The notes beneath the pieces were generated by a model. That model was not told where the DNA came from. It did no database searches and was given only the letters and a program-made list of their open reading frames with translations. Both the position numbers and the translations under genes were made by a program. Positions 5,418 to 13,666 of a stretch of 42,773 nt of DNA are shown one piece after another. How positions within the stretch are numbered: the stretch's first letter is position 1; each line of letters starts with the position of its first letter. This DNA comes from a virus (taxonomy: Duplodnaviria; Caudoviricetes): IMG/VR virus record IMGVR_UViG_3300042307_000471, positions 1-42,773 of that record. The stretch is one strand, 5' to 3'.

Positions 5418-5446
5418 GGGGAGGAAAAACCTCCCCACAACTTTCC
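5418..5446 (+). terminator. Hairpin, possible terminator
   Basis: GGGGAGG-AAAAA-CCTCCCC with a weak U-tract. Confidence 0.45.
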
Positions 5447-5493
5447 TTAAAAAACACTTGTAACACAAAAAGAAAAAGGCATAACATATCTAT

Positions 5494-5748
5494 ATGAAGA
5501 ACGAACCAATCACCCTAGAGCAAAAGGCAAAGTACTATCGTACCCTCGCCAAGAAGTCTCTGAAGAAACAGGAAGAACTCTATAAGGTTTACAACAGCAA
5601 TTACTATTCTGCTGATGGAAAGTCTGGAGTTCATCTTCTAACTGAAATCAGAAACGAACAAAAGTTTTACAGCAAAATGCTTTACGAGGCAGAGACTAAT
5701 GAACTAGTCTTGCGTCTCGCTAACGAACATCGCACCAAGAAAAAATAA
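5494..5748 (+). CDS. Hypothetical protein (84 aa), probably leaderless
   Basis: ORF with TTGTAA-N18-TAACAT ending 6 nt before the ATG. Confidence 0.75.
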   Translation: MKNEPITLEQKAKYYRTLAKKSLKKQEELYKVYNSNYYSADGKSGVHLLTEIRNEQKFYSKMLYEAETNELVLRLANEHRTKKK

Positions 5749-5752
5749 TCCT

Positions 5753-6052
5753 ATGGAAGACCTATCATATCACTTCAACAAGATGCCACTCAAGCACGGG
5801 GACACGGAAGTCCTCGTAAGCGGAACGGCTAAATACCAACTTGAAGACCTGTCTTCGGGCGAGCGAGGCGACCCCGAGGAACTCCACGCTTTCTTTTTCA
5901 AGGTAAGGATTCGCTCCTACGAAACTAAAAAAGAAAACGAACTTCAAGGCGTAACTATTGAAGACCTCGCCCACCTAGAGGATAAGATTATTGACATCCT
6001 CAACGATGACTACGAACTCTGCTCCACTCTCCCTAACCAAAACAACAAATAA
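5753..6052 (+). CDS. Hypothetical protein, paralog of 6681-6959
   Basis: Shares Y.F...(L/I)KH....LV.G.A.Y..ED and LN.D..LC..L with 6681-6959. Confidence 0.8.
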   Translation: MEDLSYHFNKMPLKHGDTEVLVSGTAKYQLEDLSSGERGDPEELHAFFFKVRIRSYETKKENELQGVTIEDLAHLEDKIIDILNDDYELCSTLPNQNNK

Positions 6053-6053
6053 T

Positions 6054-6347
6054 ATGGACTACGAAAAGATGGCTCAACGATGCACCGCTGGATTCAGCGT
6101 CATCATCACATCTGCCTGTAATGGCGAAATCGCAATCTACATCCACGATTGGGTGACCGCCAAGCAAGCCTTGGAAGACCACGACTCTTGGGTAAAGCAC
6201 TTCAAGGAACTCAACGAGAAGTTCCCAGAAATCAATCAGACTTATAAAATCGTGGTCAAGCGTGTTCTGGTTTTCGGTTGCATCCCGAATGCTAACCACG
6301 CCTTGAGCGACCTCACTATCGAGCAACTCACGGAACTCGCTAAATAA
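6054..6347 (+). CDS. Hypothetical protein (start MDYEK)
   Basis: Tightly packed ORF starting 1 nt after the previous stop. Confidence 0.75.
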   Translation: MDYEKMAQRCTAGFSVIITSACNGEIAIYIHDWVTAKQALEDHDSWVKHFKELNEKFPEINQTYKIVVKRVLVFGCIPNANHALSDLTIEQLTELAK

Positions 6348-6348
6348 G

Positions 6349-6579
6349 ATGGAAGCCCACGCAATCAAGGTCTTCGGCAAGTCCGTGACTTGGACTGACA
6401 AGTCTATGTTCCGTGTCGAGGAGCGTAAGCAACCTAAAGGCTCTTATGAGGGCTTGTACGCCCACAAGGACATCCACCAAGCCGTGAACTATTTCAAGAA
6501 CACTAAAATCAAGGACGGCTATCTGGTTCGCTTGGTCAAGGACGGGGACGAGTTCATCGTAATCACTAAAAGGTCGTGA
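6349..6579 (+). CDS. Hypothetical protein (76 aa)
   Basis: Tightly packed ORF with phage-like codon use. Confidence 0.75.
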   Translation: MEAHAIKVFGKSVTWTDKSMFRVEERKQPKGSYEGLYAHKDIHQAVNYFKNTKIKDGYLVRLVKDGDEFIVITKRS

Positions 6580-6773
6580 AGTCCTGCGACCTGTGTGATG
6601 ACACGGGGACGATGACCTTCAAGGTAGGAATCCCTTTCGTGAGTTACTGTCCAGCCTGTATGCTGGAACTTAAACCTTGGTTAAATCTTCCCGCCAAGGA
6701 TACGGCACAGGTGGCTGTCCCTGTTAAGGGTAGCGACTGTGCTGTCGGACAGGTAGCCCAGAACCTCTTGTGA
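6576..6773 (+). CDS. Possible small CxxC..CxxC protein
   Basis: GTGA coupling and CDLC..CPAC. The 3' part overlaps the opposite-strand gene. Confidence 0.4.
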   Translation: MKSCDLCDDTGTMTFKVGIPFVSYCPACMLELKPWLNLPAKDTAQVAVPVKGSDCAVGQVAQNLL

Positions 6774-6959
6774 GGTGATGTAGCCGTCCTTACCCAAGGC
6801 ATCATAAAGTTCCGCTAATTCAAAAGCGGCTTGCTTCCCGTCCTCTTCGTAATCTTCGATTGTGTAATGGGCGATTCCGTTAACCAAGAAATCAAGCCCT
6901 TCGTGTTTGATGTTTAGGTTCTTAAACCGATATTGATACATAACGGGTTTACTATTCAT
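6681..6959 (-). CDS. Hypothetical protein, paralog of 5753-6052
   Basis: Collinear similarity to 5753-6052. Confidence 0.78.
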   Translation of the reverse strand: MNSKPVMYQYRFKNLNIKHEGLDFLVNGIAHYTIEDYEEDGKQAAFELAELYDALGKDGYITSQEVLGYLSDSTVATLNRDSHLCRILGGKI

Positions 6960-6977
6960 AAACTAGTATTACTGATG

Positions 6978-7445
6978 TCAATCCTTATTTTCAACCGCTG
7001 GGACATCAATGATGTCACCCCTAATCATAGCGTTGATGTCTTCGTGCTTGACCTTAAGGCGATGCTCCACGATGACAGAGGGAGCGTCCTGCAACTGCAT
7101 AGCCTTGTCCGTGATGATGGCGATGGCAAGGGGGAGAGAGCCTACGGGGATGTTGTCAATCTCCGTGAGAAGTCTCTGGGAGCCTCTGGTCACGATTTCA
7201 GACATCACCTTGGCGGTGTTCTTCTTCCAAGTCCCGTGGTCAAACTTGTTCGCATCCTCCATCCTTTTCTTAATTCCGATAACGCTGTTGTTGGAGACCT
7301 TGACCTTTTCGCACACAGCCGTCACGCCCATACCCTGTTTAAGAAGTTCCTCGATTTCCGCAATCTTGGCTTCGGGCAGGTTCTTCCCGCTGTTTCTTTT
7401 CGTGTGGTTTGTAGGCAGACGCTCTGCTGACGATTCGTAATCCAT
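6978..7445 (-). CDS. HTH protein, putative terminase small subunit
   Basis: N-terminal HTH, helical oligomerisation-like core (AIITDKAMQL), beta-like tail (VIVEHRL). Own promoter TTGATT-N17-TATGTT. Confidence 0.55.
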   Translation of the reverse strand: MDYESSAERLPTNHTKRNSGKNLPEAKIAEIEELLKQGMGVTAVCEKVKVSNNSVIGIKKRMEDANKFDHGTWKKNTAKVMSEIVTRGSQRLLTEIDNIPVGSLPLAIAIITDKAMQLQDAPSVIVEHRLKVKHEDINAMIRGDIIDVPAVENKD

Positions 7446-7488
7446 CCCTGTAACATACTATATACAAAACAATAAATCAAGCAAATTT

Positions 7489-7626
7489 ATGGAATTCCTA
7501 GCAATTATTTTCCTAACTATGGTTTTGGGGCATTTCCTGTTGACCGCTATCGGTTATATCGGGATTCTGTTTTCCCCCGACCACGATGAGACTGAAAGTA
7601 AAAGACATTCCCGATTTAAGAAATAA
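7489..7626 (+). CDS. 45-aa single-pass membrane protein
   Basis: MEFLAIIFLTMVLGHFLLTAIGYIGILFSP plus a charged tail. Not in the ORF track. Confidence 0.5.
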   Translation: MEFLAIIFLTMVLGHFLLTAIGYIGILFSPDHDETESKRHSRFKK

Positions 7627-7960
7627 GATTGCCAAGGAGCAGGGTGGCAAGTGCTGTCTGTGTGAGATTGACCTGTCCTTGGTAGTCCCCTGCCTTGACC
7701 ACGACCACGAAACGGGTAAGGTGCGTGGGGTACTGTGCGGGAACTGCAACGGCATCGAAGGTAAGATTCATAATCTGTCCAGACGAGCCAAGCGTGACAA
7801 AAGCAAGTTCTTCTTTCTGGACAAGGTTCTGGAATATTGGAGCAAGCATTCAGCGAACCCCCGTGATGAGTTTCACCCTACGCATCTGACAGCGGACGAG
7901 AAGCGTCTTAAGCGTAATAAAAAAGCAAGAGAGCGTAGAAAAAAGGTTGACGGGTTGTGA
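7586..7960 (+). CDS. Recombination endonuclease VII family
   Basis: QGGKCCLC, LDHDHETGKVRGVLCGNCN and HPTH motifs. Confidence 0.92.
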   Translation: MRLKVKDIPDLRNKIAKEQGGKCCLCEIDLSLVVPCLDHDHETGKVRGVLCGNCNGIEGKIHNLSRRAKRDKSKFFFLDKVLEYWSKHSANPRDEFHPTHLTADEKRLKRNKKARERRKKVDGL

Positions 7961-7975
7961 TACATAGCACAGGCT
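7947..7975 (+). promoter_or_regulatory. sigma70-type promoter
   Basis: TTGACG-N17-CAGGCT; same -10 as the promoter at 12258. Confidence 0.65.
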
Positions 7976-7984
7976 GGTCGGGCA

Positions 7985-8806
7985 ATGAAATCATTCATCG
8001 ACCAAATCCCCGCTGGCAAGGACGCTAGCATCATCGCTGACCTTCAAGAGAAGGCGTATCGTGAAGCCCACGGGCTCTCGCAGTCCGCTCTGAAGGACTT
8101 CATCACCAAGTCCCCTGCTCACTTCCTCGCCTCCCAGCAGGAGGTCAAGGAGACGACCAAGGCTATGGAATTCGGAACTGCGTTTCACGCTGTTATGCTC
8201 CAGCAGAACCCGAAGGAGTTCTATGCCGTTAAGTTGAAGGTGGACGGCAGGACGAAGGAGGGTAAAGCCTACAACGAGAACTTCGCCATCGACAACGCTG
8301 GCAAGGCTATCATCGATGTGGAAGAGGAAGCCAAGATTCTGGCTATGCGTGAGTCTGTGCTGGCTCACCCTCTGGCTCGTAAACTGCATAACCTCACGAC
8401 TGAGCGTGAACTCGCTGTCTTCGGTACGCTCCAGACGATGGAGGACGATGTTCGCCTCAAGGGTCGCATCGATGCGTACTGCGAAGAGGACGGCTTTATC
8501 TTGGATTATAAGTCCTGTGAGGATGCCAGCCCTAACGGATTCAAAAAAGCGATTTATGATTTCCGCTACGACATCCAGAATGTGCAGTACCCTTGGCTGA
8601 TTAAGAACGCTGGTAAGAAGTTCACCAAGTTCTATTTCATCGCTGTGGAAAAAAAGCCCCCGTATGCTGTCGGTGTTTACTCGGTCTCTGACGGCTGGCT
8701 GACCTACACGGCTGACCTCTGGTTCGATGCTGTGAACCGCTTCGGTGTCTGCACGGCTACCAAGACCTTCCCTGCGTACTCTGACGCTGAAGTCGTTCTC
8801 TCGTAA
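7985..8806 (+). CDS. PD-(D/E)XK exonuclease VIII/RecE-like (DUF3799)
   Basis: LSQSALK, FGTAFH, KGRID, DYKS, Y..Q..Y and FIAVEK.PPY motifs. Confidence 0.9.
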   Translation: MKSFIDQIPAGKDASIIADLQEKAYREAHGLSQSALKDFITKSPAHFLASQQEVKETTKAMEFGTAFHAVMLQQNPKEFYAVKLKVDGRTKEGKAYNENFAIDNAGKAIIDVEEEAKILAMRESVLAHPLARKLHNLTTERELAVFGTLQTMEDDVRLKGRIDAYCEEDGFILDYKSCEDASPNGFKKAIYDFRYDIQNVQYPWLIKNAGKKFTKFYFIAVEKKPPYAVGVYSVSDGWLTYTADLWFDAVNRFGVCTATKTFPAYSDAEVVLS

Positions 8807-8807
8807 A

Positions 8808-9518
8808 ATGAGCGAGCCGAAGTTCACGGGAGTCTGGATTCCCGCAGGAGTCTTCCAACTCAAGACCATCAGCCTCACGGCTAAGGTGGTCTACGGGGTC
8901 GTGGAGGCTCTTGACGGGGACGATGGGTGCTTTGCCTCAAACGCCTACCTATCTCGTCACCTAGGGCTAGAGGAGAGGCAAATTCGCAACATCCTAGGGG
9001 AACTCACGGACGCTTGCCTCATCCGCAGGGAGCAGGTGAACGGACGCAGGGTAATCCGAACTGTGGAAAAGATTGCTTTGGATAAAGCCCTTGCAGATTC
9101 CAGCGTCACCAAGTCTGAACCTGTAAAGGAACTTGGGGAGGCAACGGATTGCCACGGGGGGCGGCAAAAAATTGCCGTGGGGGGCGGCAATAAATTGCCT
9201 ACATATAACAAAGAGTATAGCAAAGAGGATAAAGATACAAAGGCGAAGGTGTCTTGGACTGTTAAACTTCCCTTTGAATCAGAGGCTTTCAGCAAGGCTT
9301 GGCTCTCTTGGATTAACTACCGAAAGGAAATCAAGAAGCCCATCAAGGAATCCACAATCAACGCCCAATGGAAGGAGTTCGCCAAGTGGGGCGAGCAGAA
9401 GTCCATCATCGCCATCGAGCAGTCCATCCTCAACGGCTGGCAGGGTCTCTTTGAACCTGCGAGGACTGTAGGTGGTAATACAAATACCTTGACATCCAAA
9501 GACCACGACTCATTCTGA
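8808..9518 (+). CDS. Replication initiator (winged-HTH)
   Basis: N-terminal GCFASNAYL HTH, internal iterons, C-terminal W..W..YRKE..SI.NGWQGLF. Confidence 0.85.
   Translation: MSEPKFTGVWIPAGVFQLKTISLTAKVVYGVVEALDGDDGCFASNAYLSRHLGLEERQIRNILGELTDACLIRREQVNGRRVIRTVEKIALDKALADSSVTKSEPVKELGEATDCHGGRQKIAVGGGNKLPTYNKEYSKEDKDTKAKVSWTVKLPFESEAFSKAWLSWINYRKEIKKPIKESTINAQWKEFAKWGEQKSIIAIEQSILNGWQGLFEPARTVGGNTNTLTSKDHDSF
9140..9199. repeat. Origin iterons GGCAA-N3-ATTGCC x3, 23-bp period
   Basis: Copies at 9140, 9163 and 9186, followed by an A-rich tract, inside the initiator gene. Confidence 0.8.
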
Positions 9519-9523
9519 CGCAT

Positions 9524-9772
9524 ATGACCCAAGGAGAACACATCAAACAGCAAGTTAACCGCCTAGGCTTTGGTGCTTGGGCAGAGAACATCATCGTGAA
9601 CTTCATCGAAGATTGGGGCGATACGATGCGTACCAGCGAAGGCAATATGAGCATCGAGAACAATTCTTATACTGTTAATGCCTTGTTCCGTGACGGCTCC
9701 GTCAGCATCAGCATTCGTGCTTATGTCGATGGTGATGGCTGGCAGACTCTAGACCAAAACATCAAACTCTAA
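9524..9772 (+). CDS. Hypothetical protein (82 aa)
   Basis: Packed ORF with TAATG coupling to the next gene. Confidence 0.75.
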   Translation: MTQGEHIKQQVNRLGFGAWAENIIVNFIEDWGDTMRTSEGNMSIENNSYTVNALFRDGSVSISIRAYVDGDGWQTLDQNIKL

Positions 9773-10620
9773 TGCGAAACCTATATAAGCCAGTACGCTA
9801 CAATGTAGCCAGCATCCAAGCCCAGCAGACGCTTGGCGGTGATTGTATGGAGTCCAATGAAAACGGAATCTGGGTTGAGTTCCGTGACTATCTGCGATTG
9901 CTCGAAGACTACAAGTCCTTGCAACAATGGAAGCGAGAGGCTGACGCTGAGACGCTGAAGTTCGACAGCGGTGACTGGTTCGCAAGCAAGACGCTTCCAG
10001 AGCGTATCAAACATATTATTGACACTAACGCTTTCTCAAACGACCAATGGAAGGAACTTAACAAGCAGGTGGAACATCTGGAGTTGTTCAAGTCTGTGGT
10101 TGAAAAGTTTTTTAACTCCGCTGATTTGAAGAACCAGCCAGATGCTCAGTCCTGTTATGCTTTGGCAGAGAATCTCAAACAACTGCCAGACTCTATCCTA
10201 GATTTCACAGAAGAACAGGTGCGTGACAATCCTGCTTGGGCTTTGGCTGTGTTTCGTCACAAGGTGAAGGAAATGCAGTATAAGCGTATCCACGACCTTA
10301 ACGAAATTGGTGGAGAGCAGGAAGAGAACGCCCGCCTCAAGGAACAATACAACGGGATTATCGACACGCAGTTGGTTGAAATCGCCCGCCTCAAGGCCGA
10401 GGTCGAGCGGCTTCAGTCCATCCACAGCATCGACAGCATTGGCATCGAGCAGTTGAAGGCCGAGGTCGAGCGGCTGACGGCTGACCTGAACAAGATGACC
10501 AAGACCCCCGATGGTGTCGATTATGTCGAGGTGGATGTTGGCTTCTGGACTAAATCTGGAAGCCGACTGCCCTCGTCCTATCACACATTCTGGTCGAACG
10601 CCAAGGGGGTGCAGTCGTGA
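9772..10620 (+). CDS. Mosaic coiled-coil protein
   Basis: Repeated ENARLKAEVERL segments. Confidence 0.8.
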   Translation: MRNLYKPVRYNVASIQAQQTLGGDCMESNENGIWVEFRDYLRLLEDYKSLQQWKREADAETLKFDSGDWFASKTLPERIKHIIDTNAFSNDQWKELNKQVEHLELFKSVVEKFFNSADLKNQPDAQSCYALAENLKQLPDSILDFTEEQVRDNPAWALAVFRHKVKEMQYKRIHDLNEIGGEQEENARLKEQYNGIIDTQLVEIARLKAEVERLQSIHSIDSIGIEQLKAEVERLTADLNKMTKTPDGVDYVEVDVGFWTKSGSRLPSSYHTFWSNAKGVQS

Positions 10621-10843
10621 GCGACCGCTACAAGGAAATGTGGGAAGATGCCTTCCACGATAATCTTGAAAAGAAGGCAGAAATCTCCGAACTCAAAGCC
10701 GAGAACGCCCGCCTCAAGGCCGAGGTCGAGCGGCTGACGGAACTCAACGATACTATCGCCCTGCGTTATGACGCTACCAAAAGTATGCTTGATGGGTGTG
10801 CAAAAGAGATTGAAGAAATGGAAGCCGAGGTCGAGCGGCTGAC
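10324..10843 (+). repeat. Dispersed repeat GAGAACGCCCGCCTCAAGGCCGAGGTCGAGCGGCTGAC (5 full or partial copies)
   Basis: Copies at 10324, 10383, 10456, 10701 and 10824. Confidence 0.9.
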
Positions 10844-10940
10844 CAAGGCAGGGGATAAAATGGCTCACATTCACAGGTTCGTGGGCTTCCCCTCTTATAC
10901 TTTGGAATGGGAAGCCGCCAAGAATGGAGGTCAGCCGTGA
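10617..10940 (+). CDS. Mosaic coiled-coil protein
   Basis: Same repeat; GTGA coupling. Confidence 0.8.
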   Translation: MSDRYKEMWEDAFHDNLEKKAEISELKAENARLKAEVERLTELNDTIALRYDATKSMLDGCAKEIEEMEAEVERLTKAGDKMAHIHRFVGFPSYTLEWEAAKNGGQP

Positions 10941-11605
10941 GCGACATCGCCTGTCATTGCGGACGCAAGGGAGCCCTCTTCGTTAATCAAGAGAACAGAC
11001 TGGTTCGCTATCACCTCTGCCGTGACCACCTAGACCTAACTAGGGTCAAGGATGACGGGCTGTCCAAGCCCAAGTATCCCACGCAGATGCCAGCAGTTTT
11101 CCAAGATACGGAAATCTCCAGACTGCACGAAAAGATTCAAGAGAACATCAACTGGCGACCCGAAGGAGATAAGACTGGATTGCTGATTCACGGGACTACG
11201 GGCGTGGGCAAGACCAGAGCCCTGTGGGAAATCGTCCGCAGGATGTGGGTGGAGAAGGCTGAGATGGATATCAATATGCCGTACCTGTTCCTAACGATGC
11301 GTAAAATCGAATCTATGATTGAGCAGGGCTTCGACACCAAGAAGCACGGCACGATGCTTGATAGTCTAATCGAACACCCCTTGCTGGTCATCGATGACTT
11401 GGGCAAGGAGCGTCTGACCTCCCGTATGGCTTCTGACCTCTTCGCCATCGTGGATGAGCGTACTGTGAACCGCAGGACTACCATCATCAGCACGAACTTC
11501 AACGGCACGACCCTGCTGGAGCGTTTCGAGAACAAGGACAAGGAAACAGGCGTTGCCTTCATCCGCAGATTGAAAGACTATTTCAAAATCGTTGGTTGCT
11601 CATAA
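10937..11605 (+). CDS. DnaC/IstB-like AAA+ helicase loader
   Basis: Walker A GTTGVGKT, Walker B LVIDDLGKE, TIISTN, RRL. Confidence 0.9.
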   Translation: MSDIACHCGRKGALFVNQENRLVRYHLCRDHLDLTRVKDDGLSKPKYPTQMPAVFQDTEISRLHEKIQENINWRPEGDKTGLLIHGTTGVGKTRALWEIVRRMWVEKAEMDINMPYLFLTMRKIESMIEQGFDTKKHGTMLDSLIEHPLLVIDDLGKERLTSRMASDLFAIVDERTVNRRTTIISTNFNGTTLLERFENKDKETGVAFIRRLKDYFKIVGCS

Positions 11606-11648
11606 TCCTGTTGACTTGTAATACCATTTCCCTTTTTTCCGATTCCCT

Positions 11649-12122
11649 ATGAAACGCTTACTCGCCCTGTTAATCGGTTGTGCCTGTCTGAAGGCTAAGA
11701 GCATCGTCACGGACGACCTCATCGACAAGTTCGCTATGATTGAGAGCAACTACAACCACACGGCTGTCGGGGACGGAGGCAAGGCTCTTGGGGCTTGGCA
11801 GATGCACAAGGCGGCTGTCTATGAATCCGTAAACACGCTTTATCGAAAGACTGGCAATAACTTTTCCGATTGCGGTATCACTTGGAACAAGGAAACTATG
11901 TTCAACCCATCGCATTCTCGTATGATTGCTAAAGCCTATATGCTTATCCTAGAAGAACAGATGATTAAATGCGGACAGACTCCTACTCCAATCAGCCTTT
12001 ATATGGCTTGGAATATGGGGTTCTCTGGTGCTAGACAGCATAGATTTAACTACGAATCTTGGGGTCTAGATTCCAAGCGAGCATCCATTCTCCGCAGAGC
12101 GAACTACATTCTTTCCCGATGA
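11649..12122 (+). CDS. Secreted lysozyme/SLT-fold muramidase (endolysin candidate)
   Basis: N-terminal signal peptide, IESN...AVGDGGKALGAWQM, AWNMG. Confidence 0.8.
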   Translation: MKRLLALLIGCACLKAKSIVTDDLIDKFAMIESNYNHTAVGDGGKALGAWQMHKAAVYESVNTLYRKTGNNFSDCGITWNKETMFNPSHSRMIAKAYMLILEEQMIKCGQTPTPISLYMAWNMGFSGARQHRFNYESWGLDSKRASILRRANYILSR

Positions 12123-12274
12123 AACCCAACAAAATCAACCAAGAACTTATGCTTACTGTCCGTGTGACCCAGCGTCTGCTGGACGGCATCAACAAGTTGT
12201 CAAGAAATAAATACTCCACACGCTCACAATTTATTCGTGATGTCTTACAGAAAGAAGTTGACAAGAACCGATGA
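12119..12274 (+). CDS. Ribbon-helix-helix regulator
   Basis: LTVRV...L...I......TRSQFIRDVL (CopG/Arc-like). Confidence 0.8.
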   Translation: MKPNKINQELMLTVRVTQRLLDGINKLSRNKYSTRSQFIRDVLQKEVDKNR

Positions 12275-12286
12275 ACTACACAGGCT
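12258..12286 (+). promoter_or_regulatory. sigma70-type promoter for erf
   Basis: TTGACA-N17-CAGGCT. Confidence 0.65.
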
Positions 12287-12339
12287 TCTCTGACAGGTTC
12301 ATCAAGGAACACCCAGAACTTTTATCACCCAATTTCCCT

Positions 12340-13068
12340 ATGCATAATCCCAACACGCCCGAACAGCAGGTCGCAATCAACAAGGCTCTCATCGGCTTCA
12401 TCGCTGAGACCGAAGACATCCTTGCCAACGATTACAATCCGCATTTCAAGTCCAAGTTTGCTGACCTCTCCAGCCACTTGAAGTACCTCAAGCCCCTGCT
12501 CAAGAAGCACGGCTTGACTGTCCTCCAACTCCCGTCTGGTGACTACGAGGCTGTCGGTATCAAGACCATTATCCTCCACGAATCTGGTGCTATGCTGGAG
12601 GAGAAGTGCCTCATCCCCTGCGACAAGGGTATGCTTGGTCAACACGCTGGTGCTATCATCACCTACCTCCGTCGCTACGCCCTTGCCACCCTCGCTGGTG
12701 TCGCTACGGACGATGACGATGCTGAGACTGACCGCATCGCTAAGACGCAAGCCAAGCCAGCCTACAAGCCAGCCACGCCTGTTGCCAAGGCTAGCCCTGC
12801 CCCTGCTACCCCTGCCTCTGGCGGTGTCGTTCTGACCCCGTTTGGTGACCGCAAGGGTCAGCCCCTGTCCAGCCTCCCGCTTGAGGAAGCAGACCGAGCC
12901 GTCAAGTTCGGTGACCTCAAGTACTTCGCCACCAAGTGGCAACCCAAGCCCTATGGCGATAACCCTAATCCTTCTGCCAAGGACTTGGCTACCAAGGCTG
13001 AGGCTGTCCGTCTCTGGAACGCTTCCCAGAACTCCGCTCCCTCGTCCAGCGAGGATGTTCCCTTCTAA
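12340..13068 (+). CDS. erf: ERF-family ssDNA annealing protein
   Basis: NPHFKSKFADL, HESG and GAIITYLRRYAL..L.GV..DDDD motifs. True start is likely 12340. Confidence 0.9.
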   Translation: MHNPNTPEQQVAINKALIGFIAETEDILANDYNPHFKSKFADLSSHLKYLKPLLKKHGLTVLQLPSGDYEAVGIKTIILHESGAMLEEKCLIPCDKGMLGQHAGAIITYLRRYALATLAGVATDDDDAETDRIAKTQAKPAYKPATPVAKASPAPATPASGGVVLTPFGDRKGQPLSSLPLEEADRAVKFGDLKYFATKWQPKPYGDNPNPSAKDLATKAEAVRLWNASQNSAPSSSEDVPF

Positions 13069-13086
13069 TCCTAACCCATAAAACAT

Positions 13087-13278
13087 ATGTCCGACACCTA
13101 CATCAAGCACAAAGACACCTCGTACATCTTCCTGTCCGATGGTTCTGTTGCCCGTCTCCTCAAGCCTTGCCCGATTCATCGGCAGGTCTACTTCAACCTC
13201 ATCATCAATGGCAAGATGAAGCGGTTCAATCGTGAGGATGTCCTCGCCCTGTTCAAGACCGAACAGGCTGATGGCTAA
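13087..13278 (+). CDS. Hypothetical protein (63 aa)
   Basis: Packed ORF. Confidence 0.75.
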   Translation: MSDTYIKHKDTSYIFLSDGSVARLLKPCPIHRQVYFNLIINGKMKRFNREDVLALFKTEQADG

Positions 13279-13666
13279 TTACGAACCTAAGACAGAGGGA
13301 ATTACCTACCTTCGTCACGCTATCATCTCCCAGAAGAAGCGACCCGTACAAAAGTTTGTAACCCTCCCTATGTCCCAAGCGGAAAAAATCATCGACCAAG
13401 CCAAGGGGTTCGTGCCTAGCCAGTCTGGGTACGACCCCCGTAGGAACTCAGAACGAGCCGCCGCCCTAATCCTAGGTCTGGAAGTCAAGGACTTGGTAGC
13501 CAAACTTAGCCAGCCAGATGTGGCTAAGGTTCTCAGCGACCTCGCTGAAGCCAAGAACTACATCAAGATGCTAGAGGAGAGCGGGGATATCCTGTATGGT
13601 CACTCTAACTCTGGTGCTGGTCGGCAGGGCTGGATGGATGCTCGCAAGTTCCGTTTGTCCCGATGA
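13271..13666 (+). CDS. Hypothetical protein
   Basis: Overlap-coupled ORF (start MANYEP). Confidence 0.72.
   Translation: MANYEPKTEGITYLRHAIISQKKRPVQKFVTLPMSQAEKIIDQAKGFVPSQSGYDPRRNSERAAALILGLEVKDLVAKLSQPDVAKVLSDLAEAKNYIKMLEESGDILYGHSNSGAGRQGWMDARKFRLSR

Noticed and set aside
5402-5497. 31-codon ORF MGIIPRGG...
   Set aside because: Runs through a hairpin and the next promoter; no other coding support.
7991-8878. Long antisense ORFs (also 2377-2949, 12325-13179 and many inside late genes)
   Set aside because: Shadows of well-supported genes with biased codon usage.
10324-10843. Diversity-generating retroelement TR/VR pair
   Set aside because: No reverse transcriptase, and no adenine-specific mismatches between copies.
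12271-12339. Upstream extension of erf in the ORF track (similarly the starts at 5991, 8745, 10907, 30546, 40618, 42552)
   Set aside because: These extensions overlap promoters or upstream genes; downstream coupled starts fit better.
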